Positions 37,801 to 47,990 of a DNA stretch of 64,000 bases are shown one piece after another. Every line of letters begins with the position of its first letter. The first letter of the stretch is position 1. A program made the translations under genes and the position numbers. The notes under the pieces were generated by a model, which was given only the letters and a program-made list of their open reading frames with translations, did not search any database and had not been told where the DNA came from. Origin of the DNA: a virus; the IMG/VR virus record IMGVR_UViG_3300045125_000158, positions 118,618-182,617 of that record, one strand, 5' to 3'.

Positions 37801-38828
37801 ATCGCAACAATAAACAGGCACATCTAAGCCTTCTTCCGCAAGCTTTTGTATTTCAACGAAACCACGTCCATCAGCGACAGCAATCTTGGTGTCACCCGTT
37901 ACACAAGGATTAGTTGCTGTCGATGCGAAACCAAAATCCTTATAAATATCAGATGGGGTATACTTCTGAGCGGTATCCCAAAATAAGCAGATCCTGGCTC
38001 GGCTGATTCCCAAGCAGCATGTATAATTTCTTTCCACAACTCTACTGCATCAACTTCTTGCCGCACTTTTGGATTGCTGGAATTTACTGGCCAACGTAAT
38101 TCAACTTTGCTCTTATTCTTGACTGCATTCATAAATTCATCAGACAAGCGTATAGATATATTTGCTCCAGTGACTTTAGTTTTATCTTTCTTAATATTGA
38201 TGAATGTGCGTATCTCAGGATGATGGCAAGATATTGTTAGCATCAATGCCCCACGACGACCATTTTGCGCAACCTCACGGCAAGTATTACTAAATCGCTC
38301 CATAAATACGCCAATACCATCAGTAGTACGAGCTGCGTTCTTAGTAATGATTCCTTTCGGTCGAATGTGGCTGATATCAAATCCAACACCACCACGACGC
38401 TTCATAATTTGAGCTTGCTCTTGGTCTGTTTTTAATATTCCACCATATGAGTCTTCAGGCGATGGTATCACGAAACAATTCGAACAGCTCTGTATTTGAT
38501 AATCATTTCCAATAGCGCTCATAGGTGAGCCTTGAGGAATTATCCACTGGAAATCCTTGAAATAGTTGCATATTTCTTCTTCACTCAATGCATTGCTATA
38601 ATTCTTTTCTATTCTCGCAAATTCTTTTGCTAATCTTCTGTGCATTTCGTTTGGCGTTGGTTCTAAAATATTACCATTTTGGTCTCGCATAGCATACTTG
38701 CTTACGAAGACACTGGCTGCTAAATTGTCTCCGTCAAAATATTCTAAACTCATTTTCATGGCCTCTTCATGAGTGTAGACGCTTTGACCTTTAGCTATAT
38801 CTTGATTAGCATTTGCGAACGTTGTCAT
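34871..38828 (-). CDS. nrdJ: Class II (B12-dependent) ribonucleotide reductase with an intein, C-terminal TSCPD-like domain and zinc ribbon (frameshifted)
   Basis: PQGSPM, SCSNCFV, RRGGVG, QNGRRGALM, SAEPG, TNP|CGE, RRTGLGITALGD, TAP.G, QKWVDHAISKTCNLP, KGFTVYRDG, terminal CSSCG...CLTCKDCGGSKCG. Confidence 0.93.
36473..37905 (-). mobile_element. Intein with HNH endonuclease in NrdJ (about 477 aa)
   Basis: ATNP|CVTGDTKIAVADGRG...FKTTGNHKVL; HNH HRYVFEHHYG...VHHKDHNPKNNNPSNLESM; VYNGTVDEFNNY...ICSKN|CGEIILSP. The +1 residue is the Cys of the NPCGE active-site motif. Confidence 0.88.
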
Positions 38829-38864
38829 ATTCAATTTCTCCATTTTAATTTATTGGTAAACAGT

Positions 38865-38892
38865 ATTTTCGGCTAAAAAAAATTCGTTCCTT
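38865..38892 (-). promoter_or_regulatory. Candidate phage-sigma promoter (AAGG-N17-CGAAAA) upstream of nrdJ
   Basis: The same spacing recurs at 125-152(-), 20521-20547(-), 43403-43429(+) and 45713-45740(+), with N16 at 61986-62011(-). Confidence 0.45.
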
Positions 38893-38990
38893 CGACAATT
38901 ATTTTTTTATTATTTTTGTGATGTCTATATGTGTGTTTTTATATTTTTATTCAAATATATTAGTGTTTTGTTATCTTTCGTCTATATTTT

Positions 38991-39188
38991 TTATTTTTGC
39001 TTTAATAAAAAATAATCAAATGATAGTAAATATTTACTCTTTGATGAAGGAGTTTTTTTCCTTCTGTTTCTTTTTATTTTAAGGTTTCTTTTTAGCCTTC
39101 TAAAAATTGGATTTGTTATGTATAGATTTTGCATTCTATCTTCATCGTCGTATTCTTCATAACCATCAGAGTAGTTGTAATCGTTCAT
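38991..39188 (-). CDS. Small hypothetical protein
   Basis: 65-aa ORF. Confidence 0.4.
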   Translation of the reverse strand: MNDYNYSDGYEEYDDEDRMQNLYITNPIFRRLKRNLKIKRNRRKKTPSSKSKYLLSFDYFLLKQK

Positions 39189-39254
39189 ATTTCACTCAAA
39201 TTATCGTAATTTCCAATGATCAATACAACAAGCAACACTGTCAATAAGAAAAAA

Positions 39255-39877
39255 TCATTGATCCACCCAACCGAATGGATTACCATCAAGAGTAATAAAC
39301 TTCATCCACGACTTTGGAACATTTACGGTAGCCAACCTTGCAAATCTAGCAAAAATTGGACTCCATTTTGGTCTTTCAGGCTTTCTTAAAAGCTTTAAAC
39401 CTGCTTCTTCGGGGGTTCTGTCTGCTTTTTTAGCATTGACTTCAAGCGAGCACATAACAAGATTTTCCCAAGTACTTTTTCCTCCTCTACTACGAGGAAG
39501 TATATGATCAATCGTTCCTGTTTCATAAGTGATTTTCTTACCTGAATATTGACAAGTATAATTATCTCTAATAAGTAGAATTTCTACGTGTCAACTCTAA
39601 CTTCTCGCAAAGGAAATCTTTCATATTCTGTGAGCACTATAACTTCTGGAACTTTGATTATAGTTCTTGAGGTTTTTATATGCTTGTCATGAAGAGACAC
39701 TGGAATTTGCATCCAATCTTCAAAATTGAATAAACTAAACGTTTCAGTATCCAGAATAGAAGCTAAGCCTAGCATTGTTTTGCTAATAGCTTTCTTTACT
39801 GGAGTGATTGATATTGGTATCCAACTTTTGTTAAGAACAAGAGTTGGCAAACACATGACGCTTTTTTCTTGCAGCAT
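39255..39877 (-). CDS. HNH endonuclease (McrA-like, frameshifted)
   Basis: TLVLNKSWIPI...PEVIVL...IRDNYTCQYSG...TIDHILPRSRGGKSTWENLVMCSLEVNAKKADRTPEEAGL. Confidence 0.88.
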
Positions 39878-39939
39878 ATCAGGTTTCGTATGGTATTTGC
39901 AAATTGTTTATAAAAGAATTTATAAATCTTGGACTAGAT

Positions 39940-40415
39940 CTACAACATGTATTTTATTTTACCGGCATATGAGGAAACTACCGAACTCATACTTTTTGCA
40001 ACGTCTTCATACATAAGACCGCCTATACCGCATCCTAAACCACATAAAGCAATAGATCTTACATTATTTTCTATGGCTAATTCCATAACTTTTTCTGTCA
40101 ATTTAGGAACAACACCTATAGAGCATAAGCTTCCTGGATAAGTCATAGTAACTGCGTGATAAATATATTTGATTCCTCTACGCTTGAGCAAGCCAGAGTC
40201 TGTCGTGTAAACATCACCAGTTTGAAACGGACCTTTTTCAATGATAACTTGCTCTACAATATCGTGTATGTTGGTACCATTTTTATCATTACTTTGACCT
40301 GCGGACCTTGCTATCGCTCCCGCTACTCCTGCCCCATAATTCCCAGTCCATTGGCTGCGCTGACAATTGCATCAATATTCTCAACTTTTGTAATATCACC
40401 AGCATACACTTTCAT
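39940..40415 (-). CDS. Macrodomain (ADP-ribose binding/hydrolase) protein (frameshifted)
   Basis: MKVYAGDITKVENIDAIVSAANGLGIMGAGVAGAI...IYHAVTM...SIALCGLGCGIGG. Confidence 0.9.
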
Positions 40416-40424
40416 TTCTATTCC

Positions 40425-41236
40425 TTACGATTGCAACATAGATTCTAAGTTAGCCATGTACTCGGGATTAAGCTGCACTCTTCTGTAATCTTTCAATTAT
40501 TTTTGTATGCATCTGACTAATTCTTGATTCACTGTAACCTATTCTATCAGCAATTTCTTTCATAGTCATATTTTCATAATAATGCATATGAATTATTTTT
40601 CTTTCGATTGGGATAAAATTGCGTCCCATCAATTTTTTAAACATTTCTTCCTTCAAAATAGCTTCTCTAGGTGAATCATCAAAAGATCTTATGCTTTCTA
40701 TTTGTATTTCTTCAAATTCGTTTTCATCAGAACTATTAGTTGCATAAATGCTTAAACAGCCAACGGGGTTAGATTTAGATTTTATTTCTAAAAATCCTCA
40801 ACCGTCATGCTCATATATTGAGCAAGCTCTTCGTCAGTTGGAATTCTACCAAGATCTGTTTGTAGAGCTTGCGTTGCTTTTTGTATTTTACTATAACGCT
40901 GCCGAACCAAACGAGGCACCCAATCAACTTTTCGTATATTATCTAAAATCGCACCACGTATACGATGTATAGCGTAGGTTTCAAATTTAATATTTAAAGT
41001 AGGATCAAATCGATCGACGGCATGGAAAAGTCCATCAGTCCCCCATTGCACAAAATCATCATAATCTACCTCTTTAATTTTTTTGCCATGTTATCGGCAA
41101 CTTTAAATACAAGGTGATAATAAAGTTCTAAAAAGAAATTCCTTTCTAACTGATACTGGGGATCATCTTTTTTGCAAACGATTCTAGTTTCACAAAACTT
41201 CATCCAACGCATTTTGACATCTTCGGTATTCTGCAT
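40425..41236 (-). CDS. FliA/WhiG-family (sigma-28-like) RNA polymerase sigma factor (frameshifted)
   Basis: AAGGAG RBS; GLFHAVDRFDPTLNIKFETYAIHRIRGAILDNIRKVDWVPRLVR; region 4 YYENMTMKEIADRIGYSESRISQMH. Confidence 0.9.
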
Positions 41237-41316
41237 TTTTACTCCTTATTTTCGACGTGCAAGCATAGATGCCATGTTTTTCACATGTACATTTAAATTT
41301 TATTAGTTATCTTTTT

Positions 41317-42252
41317 TTATGCCACTGATGGAGCTATGCCAATGTTGTTTATCTTTTTAGCTTTATTTCTTATTTTTCTTACAATACTCATGGTACTATC
41401 AGACTGTATTACATGGGCTACTCCGGGCAAAACTTTATTTCCAAATATTTTTTCTCTCGAATCATTTGGTAAAAATGTTTTCACAACTTCTCCAGTATGT
41501 ACAAGCTCACTAACTGCCTTATCTTGAGTCTTGATTTGCCAAGCCACGTAAATCACTGCTATTACAAAACCTATACCAAGCAAAACTAACGCTATCCAAG
41601 CAATATATTGCACATATATTGAGACAGCAACTGATACGCCAAGTGTAACTAGGCAACCGGCTGCTATAATAAAAGCTGTAGGCGTTTTGAAGAAAGCACC
41701 TATAACAAGACAAGCACCTATACCCACAACACAACAAACACTTATCCAAGCCATCATGGTTTTTAACAATTTTTGATTTGAACTTTCAAGCTCTTTTATT
41801 TTTTCTTGTAATTTTGCAATCTCGACCTGAGATTTCTGCGTAAAAGCAGTATACTCTTTTATTAAATTTTGTTGTTCTTCTAACTGAGTTTGCGTGTCTT
41901 TAAGTTTTTCTTCTGTAATTAAAAGAGTTGTTTTGTCATTCCGCAACCCTTGTGTTTCATCTTTTATGCCTTTGATATCGACTGCTATATTTTGTTTTTC
42001 TTCATCAGTTGATTTGTTTTCTATTGAATTTGTGTGTTTATCTATCGTATCGGCTTTTGCTCCTATACCAGATGCTACTTCACTTATCGTTTTGGATACT
42101 TCAGCTATTTTCTCTTTTTCTTTTTCAACGTTTGGTGTTTGCGGATTTTTTGCATTTGCTTTCTGAACAGAACTACAGGAACTCATGAAGACTACTGCAG
42201 ACAGTAAAAAACAAACAACAATTGTATAATGACAAATTTTATTCGAGATCAC
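41317..42252 (-). CDS. Lipoprotein-signal, coiled-coil, multi-TM membrane protein (spanin-like candidate)
   Basis: N-terminal hydrophobic stretch ending FMSSC, about 130 aa coiled coil, then three hydrophobic segments. Confidence 0.5.
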   Translation of the reverse strand: MISNKICHYTIVVCFLLSAVVFMSSCSSVQKANAKNPQTPNVEKEKEKIAEVSKTISEVASGIGAKADTIDKHTNSIENKSTDEEKQNIAVDIKGIKDETQGLRNDKTTLLITEEKLKDTQTQLEEQQNLIKEYTAFTQKSQVEIAKLQEKIKELESSNQKLLKTMMAWISVCCVVGIGACLVIGAFFKTPTAFIIAAGCLVTLGVSVAVSIYVQYIAWIALVLLGIGFVIAVIYVAWQIKTQDKAVSELVHTGEVVKTFLPNDSREKIFGNKVLPGVAHVIQSDSTMSIVRKIRNKAKKINNIGIAPSVA

Positions 42253-42451
42253 GGCAAGAGTCCTTTCTATTGTTACTTAGTGACTTTTTCACATCATAAG
42301 TTATAGATTAAAAGTCACAATACTTGAAGATTCGCTCATTACCGATATACGTTGTTTTTGAGTATAATCCTACTTTTGTATTCTTTCTTTTTGTTTTTGG
42401 TTTTGAAAATCCAAAAAGATGTCTAATCATATTATTTTAATTTTATGAAGT

Positions 42452-42775
42452 TTACTGTTTTTGCGATGTTTCTAAGGAATTAAGAAAATCTATAACAAAC
42501 CAAGTAAAACCCAACGTTATAATACCACTAAAAGGCCACATGAATATGTTTGTATACAAGAAATATAAAACAATTTCTCCAATTAAGGTTGTCCAAAAAG
42601 ATGTGCAAACTGTGCAACTAAGCATATTTTTAAGGTTGTTATTGATTTTGCCAAACAACCATATTATTGGTTTTTTAAAAAAAATAACTGGCCAATCGTC
42701 GCCTTTTTCCACAATAAGAATTGCTAATGAAAATCCAAATAAAACAGAGAGAAAAACATGTACTAATAACGCCAT
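42452..42775 (-). CDS. Small membrane protein, DUF1360-like
   Basis: Three hydrophobic segments and the motif LSCTVCTSFW. Confidence 0.55.
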   Translation of the reverse strand: MALLVHVFLSVLFGFSLAILIVEKGDDWPVIFFKKPIIWLFGKINNNLKNMLSCTVCTSFWTTLIGEIVLYFLYTNIFMWPFSGIITLGFTWFVIDFLNSLETSQKQ

Positions 42776-43002
42776 TTTACAATCTCCTTGAAATCATACA
42801 TGTAACGATAGCTATCTATGTATGACAATATTTCATCAAATCCACAAAACTCTTTTTTCTTGTTAACTGTTGATATTATGAATATGTATTCTTCATCGTA
42901 TAATATAAAATCATGCTTTATATTTCTACTAATCAATAGATCACTAATTAAAAAACTTTTTACATCTACATTCCCATAGAAAATGGCCGAATACTCACTC
43001 AT
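42763..43002 (-). CDS. Hypothetical protein
   Basis: 79-aa ORF overlapping its neighbours. Confidence 0.4.
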   Translation of the reverse strand: MSEYSAIFYGNVDVKSFLISDLLISRNIKHDFILYDEEYIFIISTVNKKKEFCGFDEILSYIDSYRYMYDFKEIVKWRY

Positions 43003-43325
43003 GCCTTTTTTTTATTTTGCTTCGTTGCATTCTCAACTGCTGATTGAATTATTTCCCACGCCGTTTTTCCGGCTGGATTTTCTTGATCAAATAGAACCTG
43101 ATTGCTTTTGGTAATAATCATCGCTATTACAGTAACATACAAGAATTTATTTTGAGATTCAGTTATGCTGTACTTTTCCAAAAACCCCCACTCTACAAGT
43201 TCGTTATAAATTTTGAGAACTTCTCCTCCGATTGCTCGATCTGGTCTTTGCACGCTTCTTTAATTTGTTCATACATAATTACAGCTTTATCTACTGCCTT
43301 CATTTTGGAACTAAGTGTAATAGCC
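42999..43325 (-). CDS. Hypothetical protein (frameshifted)
   Basis: GGAGG RBS before MAITLSS; ORFs 43193-43432 and 42999-43253. Confidence 0.4.
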
Positions 43326-43434
43326 ATAAAAAGCCTCCAGTAATTCAAAGTATCGTCAATTATTAAATTGACAATTTTGAAAAAAATCCTTCCACCAACT
43401 CCAAGGTTAGGAAACTTTATTGTCGTATACAAAT

Positions 43435-44168
43435 ATATGAATAATACATGTTACAATCGAAAACTTTGGATGGTACAAAAGGCTTCTTTTCAAGATTTTT
43501 GCAATTAAAGAGGCTGATTTCAATTGGAAAGGCCCAGCGGCTGCAGCCGCAGGAGCCGCAGCAGGAGCGGCTGCTATTGGCTTAGGATCATTACTTTACA
43601 ACCCCACACCAACCAAAACACCTACGCAAAAAGTTTCGCCTTACACTCAAATAGGTCCTACGCATGAAGAAGACAATACTACTTCTAAATTGCAAAAGTA
43701 TCGCCAAACGACACGAGTAAACAACAGTCTGTATCAGAGAAAATAAAGCTACGCCTAATGATAAGGAATCAGACATGGACGCCATCATGTACGCCATACA
43801 TATGATGGAATCTTCTGGTGGAATAAATAATAAACCTAGACACGAGCCTGGTTTTCAAAAAAGATATGTAGAAAAATGTCTCACAGACAAGAAATTCCAA
43901 ACACCACAATATCAATTTCGTGCGTGATTTAGTTAAAAAGCACGGTAAAAAAGCAGCTGCAACAAGTTACGGTCCCTATCAAGTTATGCTTTTTGAAGCA
44001 TGGAGAATTGGCTACAGAGTATCTCCAGAAGAACTTTCAGATCCAGTAAAATCAAAAGAAATAGCTAAAGCCTATATTAAAAATACCTCATCCGGAAAGA
44101 CTCCACCAAATATTTTTAAAATACAACGGAAGTCCCAACTACGCGAAAAAAGCCATGACATATTATAA
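43435..44168 (+). CDS. Lysozyme-fold muramidase/lytic transglycosylase with an Ala-rich hydrophobic N-terminal segment (frameshifted)
   Basis: GWYKR...IKEADF...AAAAGAAAGAAAIGLG; MDAIMYAIHMMESSGG (catalytic Glu-Ser); ATSYGPYQVM (GxxQ motif). Confidence 0.65.
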
Positions 44169-44189
44169 TGCCTACAAGAAGAAACAATA

Positions 44190-44748
44190 AAATCAAGATG
44201 TTTTTTGTCATTGATTGCTTTTGCTATATAAGCTGCTGCTAATGCATCACTAGTCCTCTGTGTAGAACTTCTGAAAAATTTATATCTTCTCTTAACAAAA
44301 CAGTTTTAATACTGCATTTGTCAACAATGCCGTGGTTTCCCGTGTTTTTGCGTAAATATTTCTTAAATTACGATGCTCGCCAAATGGAAAATTAATATTT
44401 TGACGCACACAATCATTATTGAGGCATTTTAAATCCCAATCACCCCAAGTAAACCATATGCTGTTGTTTGTTTTTATATTATACGTATTATCAAAATAAA
44501 ATATAAACTGTTCGATTACAATACTTAGATAATTTGCTTCGTCTATATGTTTTTGCTGTATTTTAGTAAGTTTCTTACAAAAAGGGAGATAAAATTGAAT
44601 TTACTTTTGGTTTTACAAGACTTACTCCATGATTGTAAAATTGTAAAATTATCATCACACAAAACGATGCCAATATCAATAATTTCGTTCAAATCTTTTT
44701 CTTACTCACTTCCCAGCACGTAGCTTCAATATCCACAAAGAAAAACAT
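44190..44748 (-). CDS. DEDDh 3'-5' exonuclease (ERI1/KapD-like; frameshifted, absent from the ORF track)
   Basis: MFFFVDIEATCWE...NEIIDIGIVL...WFTWGDWDLKCL...FPFGEHRNL. Confidence 0.75.
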
Positions 44749-44764
44749 AAAAATTACTCAATAG

Positions 44765-45611
44765 ACTTTTGATACTCTAATAATAGATTATTAAGATCGC
44801 ATTTGCGATTTTCCTCTACAAAGTGATGTCTATACTAGTTGCCAGCCTACAAAATTACCCTTGTATTCTTTAGATGCGATACAGGCATGCTCAGCAGGTG
44901 ACCACTGCATTCCGCTTGAAGCTAATGCATCGTGCGGCTCTATATCTTTTTCAACATTTATTTCACCAGTAATCGTAAGATAAGAGACGTTCTAGCAGCT
45001 CTAGCAACTGCAACTTTAAGTTTCGTTTGCAAAATCATAAACCGCATCTATCTGATCTCCAAATGGTAAATGCCATCAGCCTGCCCCAATCACTTTCTTG
45101 AAGCTTATTAGATAAGTACTCTTGTAACATTAAAAAAGCAAGATGCTGAAACTCAGGTTACGCGTCATATGCAATCTAAGTGAAGAAATTTTCCCACTCA
45201 GTAGCGGTTACCAACGTCGTCATCCACATGTAGGGCTCTAAAATACGATTTACGACCTGCTTGTGAAGCCCAGCGTCTTTCAGCTTATTTGCATGCTCTA
45301 CAGCCGATCGTACTGCATTTATCCAAGAGTTTTCTATCTTCTGCTTCAGCGTCACAAAAGAAACCGTGATCTTGCATGCTGCTTTTTCCATTTTTGCCCC
45401 AACGGATAGGCGTTGCAGGATTAATACTTACTTGTTCTATAATTTTTTCAATGGGGAATAGCTCTACTACTTGCAGCGTTACGACTGAAAGCTCTATGCG
45501 TCGATATATTTCGGAGTGTATAAACCTTGGATATGTTAACAGAAAAGTTGTTACTCTGTTGTTTTCGGGATTTATGCTATCAGCAATAATCTTAGCTTCA
45601 AAGTTAGCCAT
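44765..45611 (-). CDS. thyX: ThyX/Thy1-like flavin-dependent thymidylate synthase, phage type (frameshifted)
   Basis: AKIIADS...TTFLLTYPRFIHSE..HR.FSRNAASSRAIP...HKQVVNRILEPY...TATEWENFF...AQPEFQ...WHLPF...ARAARVSY...SPAEH. Confidence 0.75.
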
Positions 45612-45771
45612 TTTACTCTCCATAACTAGTTTGATTTGATTTGAATAGATATCGTCTAATAAAATCAAGCTTTCCTTACTACCACAATTGTCTTACAAAA
45701 ACCACAAAAAGAAAAGGTTGACGTAAATTTTTTCCGAAACTACAAATGTAACTACTTTAGAAAGATATTAT

Positions 45772-46383
45772 ATGAAATGGTACGAAAAGCAATTCCAAAG
45801 ATTAAAGATATAATTCCATCAATCACAGAAATGTGTAAACATATACATAAGCTTCCTAATGTTAAAAATGTTTATGCTTGGAGAATTTTGCTGAAAAATA
45901 TAAATTCTTCAGAATCAAGAATTAAAAGATATTGACATTCTTATAGAATCAAATTTCGATTCAGGTAGATCTTTTAGTCCATAGACAATAGTAATACCAG
46001 GTGCTTTAAAAATTGCAAAAAACAAATTAGAAGATTTAGGTTCAATCCTGACTGCTGTGAATTTTACCAAATCGTTATTGATGAACAAAGTAGCAACAAT
46101 TGAAATTTGGGCTATTTCAGCTGACAATAAACTATTGCATTGGGGTCCTATATCAGAAACGCTAGAAGACTGGAATCAGCTTAAAGAAGCTGAAACAAAA
46201 GCAATAAACATGACTGGATCTCAACAAAAAGAAATCTTACAGTCAAATGAAGAAAATCGTAAAAAATGGCAACGAATATATGAAAACCATATTCAAGAAT
46301 TCTCCCAAGGATGCCCACAAGGATGGTATGCCTCTCAAAATAATATAGATAAAGTAATTGACAAAGCTGTAAAACTTTTTTGA
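45772..46383 (+). CDS. Putative pol-beta-fold nucleotidyltransferase-like protein (frameshifted)
   Basis: Starts MKWYEKA; VKNVYAW(G)...IKDIDILIE resembles the hG[S]...DhD NTase motif; C-terminal ORF 46057-46383. Confidence 0.45.
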
Positions 46384-46384
46384 G

Positions 46385-46585
46385 TTAAAAAAAATCTAAG
46401 TTATTATCATTATATTGATCATCGTTTTTGCAAATAAATAACTGTCTCCAATCTAAAAGCATAGATTCTTCATTTTCCTCGTAAATATAAAACAAAACTT
46501 CATCATTTATGTAACTCGCTAAGGTTTCATAATCCATGTATTGAGATGGCATTCTCAATGGTATTCTCTGTGATTCTGTCACCAA
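46385..46585 (-). CDS. Small hypothetical protein
   Basis: 66-aa ORF with a GAGAGG RBS. Confidence 0.4.
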   Translation of the reverse strand: MVTESQRIPLRMPSQYMDYETLASYINDEVLFYIYEENEESMLLDWRQLFICKNDDQYNDNNLDFF

Positions 46586-47060
46586 AATAACCTCTCATAA
46601 AGGTTGTGTACAATAGTAGAATTAGCAGATCCAACAAGGCTATATCTATCTTTATCAATAGTTTCTTCACGAATATTGATTAAATTTTGTACAAATGCTT
46701 TTTGTGTTTTGTTCATGTAATTACTTCCAATGTCTTAATTGTGTATATTGTTTTTTCCATAATAAATACTCGAATTTAAATTTATGTCGATTTTATAAAA
46801 AAATGAGCTATTTATAGTTTGTAAATATTTTAAAATCAACTCAAAATTTAATAGCAAAAATAATTCATGATATAAACAACACTAATACTATTTTCTATAG
46901 GCAACAAAAATATAAATATTACTAAGTGTGATAATTCTGTGATAGAAACACAATAACAATATATCTACTAATTTTTATCTTATAAACAAAAAAATGATAA
47001 TACTATTGACAATACTCGTAACGAAAATTTATTTTCAACCCAATTCTATAGGTAGCAAAT

Positions 47061-47325
47061 ATGAATTCCGTAGTTTCAGAAAGAGCCAAAACTAGATAAA
47101 AATCAATTCACTCACAAAATTGTTATTGATTGTAATCAAAAAACTGTTTTACAGATTGAAAATCTTTGTAGATATTTTGAATTAACTCCAAATTCTCTTA
47201 TTTTGCGAGGTCTTTGGATGTTGAATATGATTAAGGAAGTAGAATTATCTAATAAAAAAATCGGTATCATCACTTTGGATAACTCTAATATTGTAACTGA
47301 TATATCACCAATAAATATTGTTTGA
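47061..47325 (+). CDS. Small ribbon-helix-helix-like DNA-binding protein (frameshifted)
   Basis: HKIVIDC...QIENLCRYFELTPNSLILRGLWMLNMIKEVE pattern; upstream TTGACA-N18-TATTTT sigma70-like site near 46986. Confidence 0.4.
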
Positions 47326-47439
47326 AATCTCAATATTGTCTTATTTAAAATATCAGATATTCCTAAACTTATTTGTTATGAGAATTATATAAATATCGAT
47401 TGTAAATGTAAATATAAATATAATAAAGAGTTGAAAATA

Positions 47440-47985
47440 TTCGATTATTCGCAAACTCCTTCGTCGTTTGCGGAATACGAACTTCTCCGAAGACTCCGAA
47501 GTTCATATTCTTTGTAAAATCATTTCTTTTGTAAAAGTCAAGTTACATTTATTTTGGATATTGGATATTTGATATTGCGCTTACGCCGCACTCCCTTTCA
47601 GCCGGAAAGAATTTTGAGGAAAAAACTTTTTCTGGCCGAAAGACAATTCCATGCGATATGCATGAAACGCTACTAAGTCGGTCTTCTTAAGGTCGGCGTT
47701 AATACTTAGTTCTCAATCAGTCACACCGTCTCTTTTACGCTATCACAATAGAAAGGGAGCAACTATGGTGAACGCTAGACTTAATTACTTAAGTCATCAT
47801 AGAGTATAAAGTAAGATATTTTATCTTTATACACCGCTTGTCAAGCAGTCTAGTACCTAGGCTCTAGACCCAAGCCTCGTCAATATTAAATGGTTATTGA
47901 CCGACTCGATAAAATATGATCGAAACTGAGCAAATATCTACTCATGGAATCTGTTTGATCTACAGATTCGACCATATTTTTTGTT
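47440..47985 (+). ncRNA. Large structured non-coding element of unknown class (RNA or origin)
   Basis: At least 10 hairpins or long-range helices and no ORF of 60 aa or more; G.U pairs favour the plus strand. Confidence 0.5.
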
Positions 47986-47990
47986 AAACT

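Noticed and set aside
47440-47985. Assignment of the structured element to tmRNA, RNase P, group I intron or HEARO/omegaRNA
   Set aside because: The diagnostic conserved sequences of these classes and an associated IscB or RT gene were not seen, so it is left unassigned.
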